Source: Dendrobates tinctorius (taxonomy: Eukaryota). From it: DNA of 64,000 nucleotides. The stretch spans positions 40,548,001-40,612,000 of the forward strand of contig NW_027361707.1 in assembly GCF_039654945.1 (NCBI RefSeq). Direction: 5' to 3'. Position 1 is the stretch's first letter, and every line of letters starts with the position of its first letter. This document shows positions 60,204-64,000 of the stretch, piece after piece. The notes beneath the pieces were generated by a model. It did not search any database. It was not told where the DNA came from and saw nothing but the letters and a program-made list of their open reading frames with translations. Made by a program: the position numbers and the translations under genes.

Positions 60204-61583
60204 TTAGGGTGTGGTAATTCTCACAAGAACTCTGGAACAAAGAACTAATGAGGGTTATGACTAAGCTGAGTGGACAATACACATGGAGTCTATGGATTTT
60301 GGTATTTGTGATAATGTATGAACAGCCTAAATGTATTTATAGAACACCTATATTCATGGATGGTATAAATATATGGACAGTCAGATCTCAATTGATCGCA
60401 TGGTGATGGCATATCCTAGTGATGTAATAGATAAAAAGCATTTTACTCTACAATGCAAGATAACATAAAAATTCTTACTGCGCTCTACATTTTGGTTATT
60501 ATCCAGTTTAATTAAAATGCTGCAGTGAACCCTGGGACCAGCTGCCTAATTGGGCTATGCCCAGCATGCGCAAAGTGAGCAGTTCATGTGCGGATGGTAC
60601 CCACGATCTGGAGGAGAGGAGACTGTCCTCCAGGCCCTGGGTACCATATCCCTGTAAAAACAGATAAAAAAATTAAAAATTGGGTTATACTCACCTTCTG
60701 GCATCCCACGCAGCCTTACCGATGCTCCCACCAACTCCCGTTCCCAGTATTGCCTTGCGGCAAGGACCTGTGATGACGTAGTGGTCTCGCGAGACCGCTA
60801 CGTCATCAAAGGTCATTGTTGCAAGGCATCGCTGGGAAAGGGAGCATCGCTGATGCCTGGGGTCGCTGCGCGGGACGCCGGAAGGTGAGAATATCACGAT
60901 TTTTTATTTTTTTATCATTTTTAACATTGTATCTTTTACTATTGATGCTGCATATCCGGCCTCAATAGTAAAAAGTTGGTCACACTAGTCAAACACTATG
61001 TTTGACGAGTGTGACCAACCTGTCAGTCACATTCCAAGCAATGCTTCAAATCGCCTGGAATGCGCCTGAATTCCGCACGTGAAAATAGCGTGAAAAACTC
61101 TTGTTTTCGAGGGGAAAAACGCATGCGAATTCCATGCGGTTTTCCTGCGGCGGGAGTTGCGGAAATGCTGCAGAAATTTCCGCAGCATCTCTACAACGTG
61201 GGTACATAGCCTAAGGCCTCTTTCACACATCAGGTTTTCGCCGTCAGGCGCGATCCGGCGCTTTTGACAGAAACCGGATCCGGCGAAATGCAATGCCGGA
61301 TCCGGTTTCCCCCCCATTGACTTGCATTTGCGCCGGATGGCCATGCGTTTCATCCGGTTTTCGCCGGATCCGGCAATGTGTCGCAATGTGTCGCGATCCG
61401 GCGTCTGTAAAAAACGTCTACTGTAACGTTTTTTGTCTCCGGCGAAAAAGCCGGACACGCCGGCTTTTTCACACAATGAAAGCCTATGAGCGCCGCAATG
61501 CGCCGGATCCGGCGAAAGCTGGATCCGGCGGCCGGATCCGGTTTTTTGGTCTGAGCATGCTCAGTAGCTCTGCCCACAAGACA

Positions 61584-61592
61584 TATATAAAA
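61584..61592 (+). promoter_or_regulatory. TATA box of the Harbinger MADF gene
   Basis: TATATAAAA about 40 bp before ATG 61625. Confidence 0.55.
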
Positions 61593-61838
61593 GCAAGACA
61601 GTGGGACCCACAGCCACACCCAACATGCCACCTAAGACAGCAACCAGGCGCAGGAGAAGGCAGGAGACATCTGCAGCAGCACCATCAGCACCACCCCAAT
61701 TGGAGCAGCATGCTGAACAACGGGAGGGGAGTCCAGCAGCAGATGAGAGACGGTAATTATCAAATCACCCATTCCTCCAAACTAGGGCTATTGAATATCA
61801 AGATATTCATTGGCCCTTTGTTTCTCTTTATTCAACAG

Positions 61839-64000
61839 CCGCCCAATAGATGCAGCAGCAGCAGCAGCAGCAGCAATGGCAGCAGCTGGAACACCACCCA
61901 CAGGCATGGAGTGTGGCCACCAGAGGAAGACAGCACATCATCTTCTGGGAGCCCTCCCTCGCATCGTCAGCGTTTGACGGTAAGTTTTTATTTCCAAAAT
62001 CCATCTTCTCTGTAATATATGTCTATTCATGGCCTTTTATTTCAAAACAGGAATCACAAGATGAAGAGGAGCTCCCAGAAGAAGAAGGAAGGGGTGGACA
62101 GACACCTGGAGTGGGCTCACAATTGGTAAGTTTTTTGCATCAAACGCAGAAACACAACATCACACTACACACAACACATAGAAAACAATGTTCTGCAGAC
62201 CACACACAGCAAACAAATGCCTACATCCAAAGACATAACTTTTTTTGTTTTCTTCTCTAGTCTTCCCAATCTGGTGCTTGGCCAAGAGGTCCTCGCAGTG
62301 CCTCCCAGGGTCGTCGGCGACAGCAACGCGGCGGTCACCAGCGTGTAAGTATAAATATTTTTGCTTTGTTTTTTTGCACTTTTTATTTCATTTCTTTTGT
62401 GGAGGCTAATTATGTTATTTTTGTCTTTTTCTTTAACAGCCTTCACAGCGTGCTCCCGACTCTGACGTTGAGGATGGAGGGATTGATGTGGACCGCCTCA
62501 TCGATCTCGTCAGAGAAAGGGAGCCGCTCTGGAATATGGCTGACCGCCGCCACGCTGACCTGATCGTTACCCGACGACTCTGGGAGGAAATCTGTTCGCT
62601 CCTTGTGGGCCGCTGGGAGGACCTCGATGCTCGGGCCCAGATTACAGAGCGTAAGTATATACAGTACCGGTTGCTTGATTTAAACCAGTGTTTCCCGAAC
62701 TCCAGTCCTCGTGGTCCCCACGGATCATGTGTTCAGGATTTCTATTTACTATGAAAATCCTGAAAACATGACCCCTGGGGACCATGAGGACTGGAGTTTG
62801 GGAAACACTGATGTTGTATACTAACCACTCCTTTCTCGTTTCAGGGAACAGAATTGTGAATCAGTGGCGGTCTGTGAGAGATCGTTTCAAGAAGGAGTTC
62901 AATAAAGAGATGCGGGCCCCGAGTGGATCTGGAGGACGCAGGAGCAAGTACAAGTACGCAGAAGCCCTGTCGTTCCTCCGGGAAACAATGGTCACCAGAA
63001 GGTAAATATTACACACCACATGTGAAAAAAAATGTTAGATGTAAATTTTTTTTTCAGCCAGGGCCATACCATGTCAGTATTTTAATTGTTTTTTTTCTCT
63101 TTATTCCACAGCACGGTGAGCAGCACTCGGGAGCCGGCACGATTGGACCCTTCTGAGGCGATCCCTGAGGAGACCGGCACCGAGGGACACTTCGACCGCC
63201 CCGGTACATCTGCACCTTCCCAGCCTTCCAACACATTCGACCCATCTGTCCCATCCACCAGCACAGGAGCATCGTGGCCGCCTACATTACATGAAGCTGC
63301 TGGTGAGGAGATCGCTTTCCCTTTACCCCACCCTTCTGCCCCTGCCACCTCTAGTACACCTGCGGGTACTGGGCGGCAGCGGCAGAGGGGTCAGGAAAAG
63401 ACTTATGCGCCAGAGTTCTTGCATCTGAATGCATCTTTCCAGAACTGTCTAAAAGTCTTGTCAGAGCAAATCTCCGCAGGCTATCAGCAGATCAACTCCA
63501 GCATTCTGGAGGTGAAGACACTTCTGCAAACCATGCATTCAGAAGCAAGATCTTCGCCAAACCACACCTTTTTCAGGTCTGTTGTGGAGCGCATGGAAAC
63601 GCTCTCTCCTGCCCAGCAGATGCATGTAATGCATTCATGCCACGCTGCTCTCCAGCAAGTTACCTCCCAACCTCCTCCTCCTCCCACCACAGTAGTTCCT
63701 CCACCTGTACCCCCTCCAGCCACTTTCCATCCTCCCCCTCCTATTACATCTACACCCCCTCCAGCCACTTTCCATCCTCCCCCTCCTATTACATCTACAC
63801 CCCCTCCAGCCACTTTCCATCCTCCCCCTCCTATTACATACCATCCACCTCCAGCCACTTTCCATCCTCCTATTACATACCATCCACCTCCCCAGCACCA
63901 TCCACCTCCCCAGCACCATCCACCTCCCCAGCACCATCCACCTCCCCAGCACCATCCACCTCCCCGGCACCAGCAACCTCCCCAGCACCAGCAACCTCAC
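61839..64000 (+). CDS. Harbinger MADF (myb/SANT-like) DNA-binding protein, spliced; start unresolved
   Basis: Phase-compatible GT-AG exons 61839-61979, 62051-62125, 62261-62344, 62440-62650, 62845-63001 and 63112-end. MADF motif LIDLVREREPLWN..LWEEI..QWRSVRDRF..YAEALSFL; BESS-like FFRSVVERMETL; Pro-rich tail. Confidence 0.85.
62686..62810. mobile_element. 125-bp hAT-like mini-MITE in a MADF intron
   Basis: TIR CAGTGTTTCCC.AACTCCAGTCCTC; no clear target-site duplication. Confidence 0.7.
63709..64000 (+). repeat. Coding tandem repeats (45-bp PPATFHPPPPITSTP and 18-bp HPPPQH units)
   Basis: Seen directly; unit lengths are multiples of 3 and keep the MADF frame open. Confidence 0.85.

Larger units (their letters stand above)
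61215..64000 (+). mobile_element. PIF/Harbinger transposon, 5' part (runs off the window)
   Basis: TAA-GGCCTCTTTCACAC terminus, CCGGATCCGG subterminal repeats to ~61545, TATA box, and a MADF gene. Confidence 0.88.

Overview
Vertebrate, very probably anuran (frog), genomic DNA. The only host gene I can support is the first coding exon of FAM184B on the minus strand (2858-2980). The rest is upstream DNA made almost entirely of nested transposable elements. These include an apparently intact DIRS-1-type tyrosine-recombinase retrotransposon (~6273-11857, minus) inside a Tc1 relic and two young Tf1/sushi-type chromoviral Ty3/gypsy copies (14880-20286 plus, 34443-39834 minus). A non-autonomous large-LTR element (13208-23438) carries an unexplained ORF that is split by the first gypsy copy. 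There are also two related solo LTRs, a hAT relic with an 18S rRNA fragment, a near full-length CR1 LINE, a truncated L2 LINE, Penelope remnants, many MITEs, and the 5' part of a PIF/Harbinger element with a spliced MADF gene. The most notable signals are in the DIRS: a gag that appears to need two short spliceosomal introns removed, and a gag-pol junction that is an in-frame CAA-UGA-CUAG readthrough site. All calls are by eye from motifs, terminal repeats and target-site duplications; no database searches or alignments were run.
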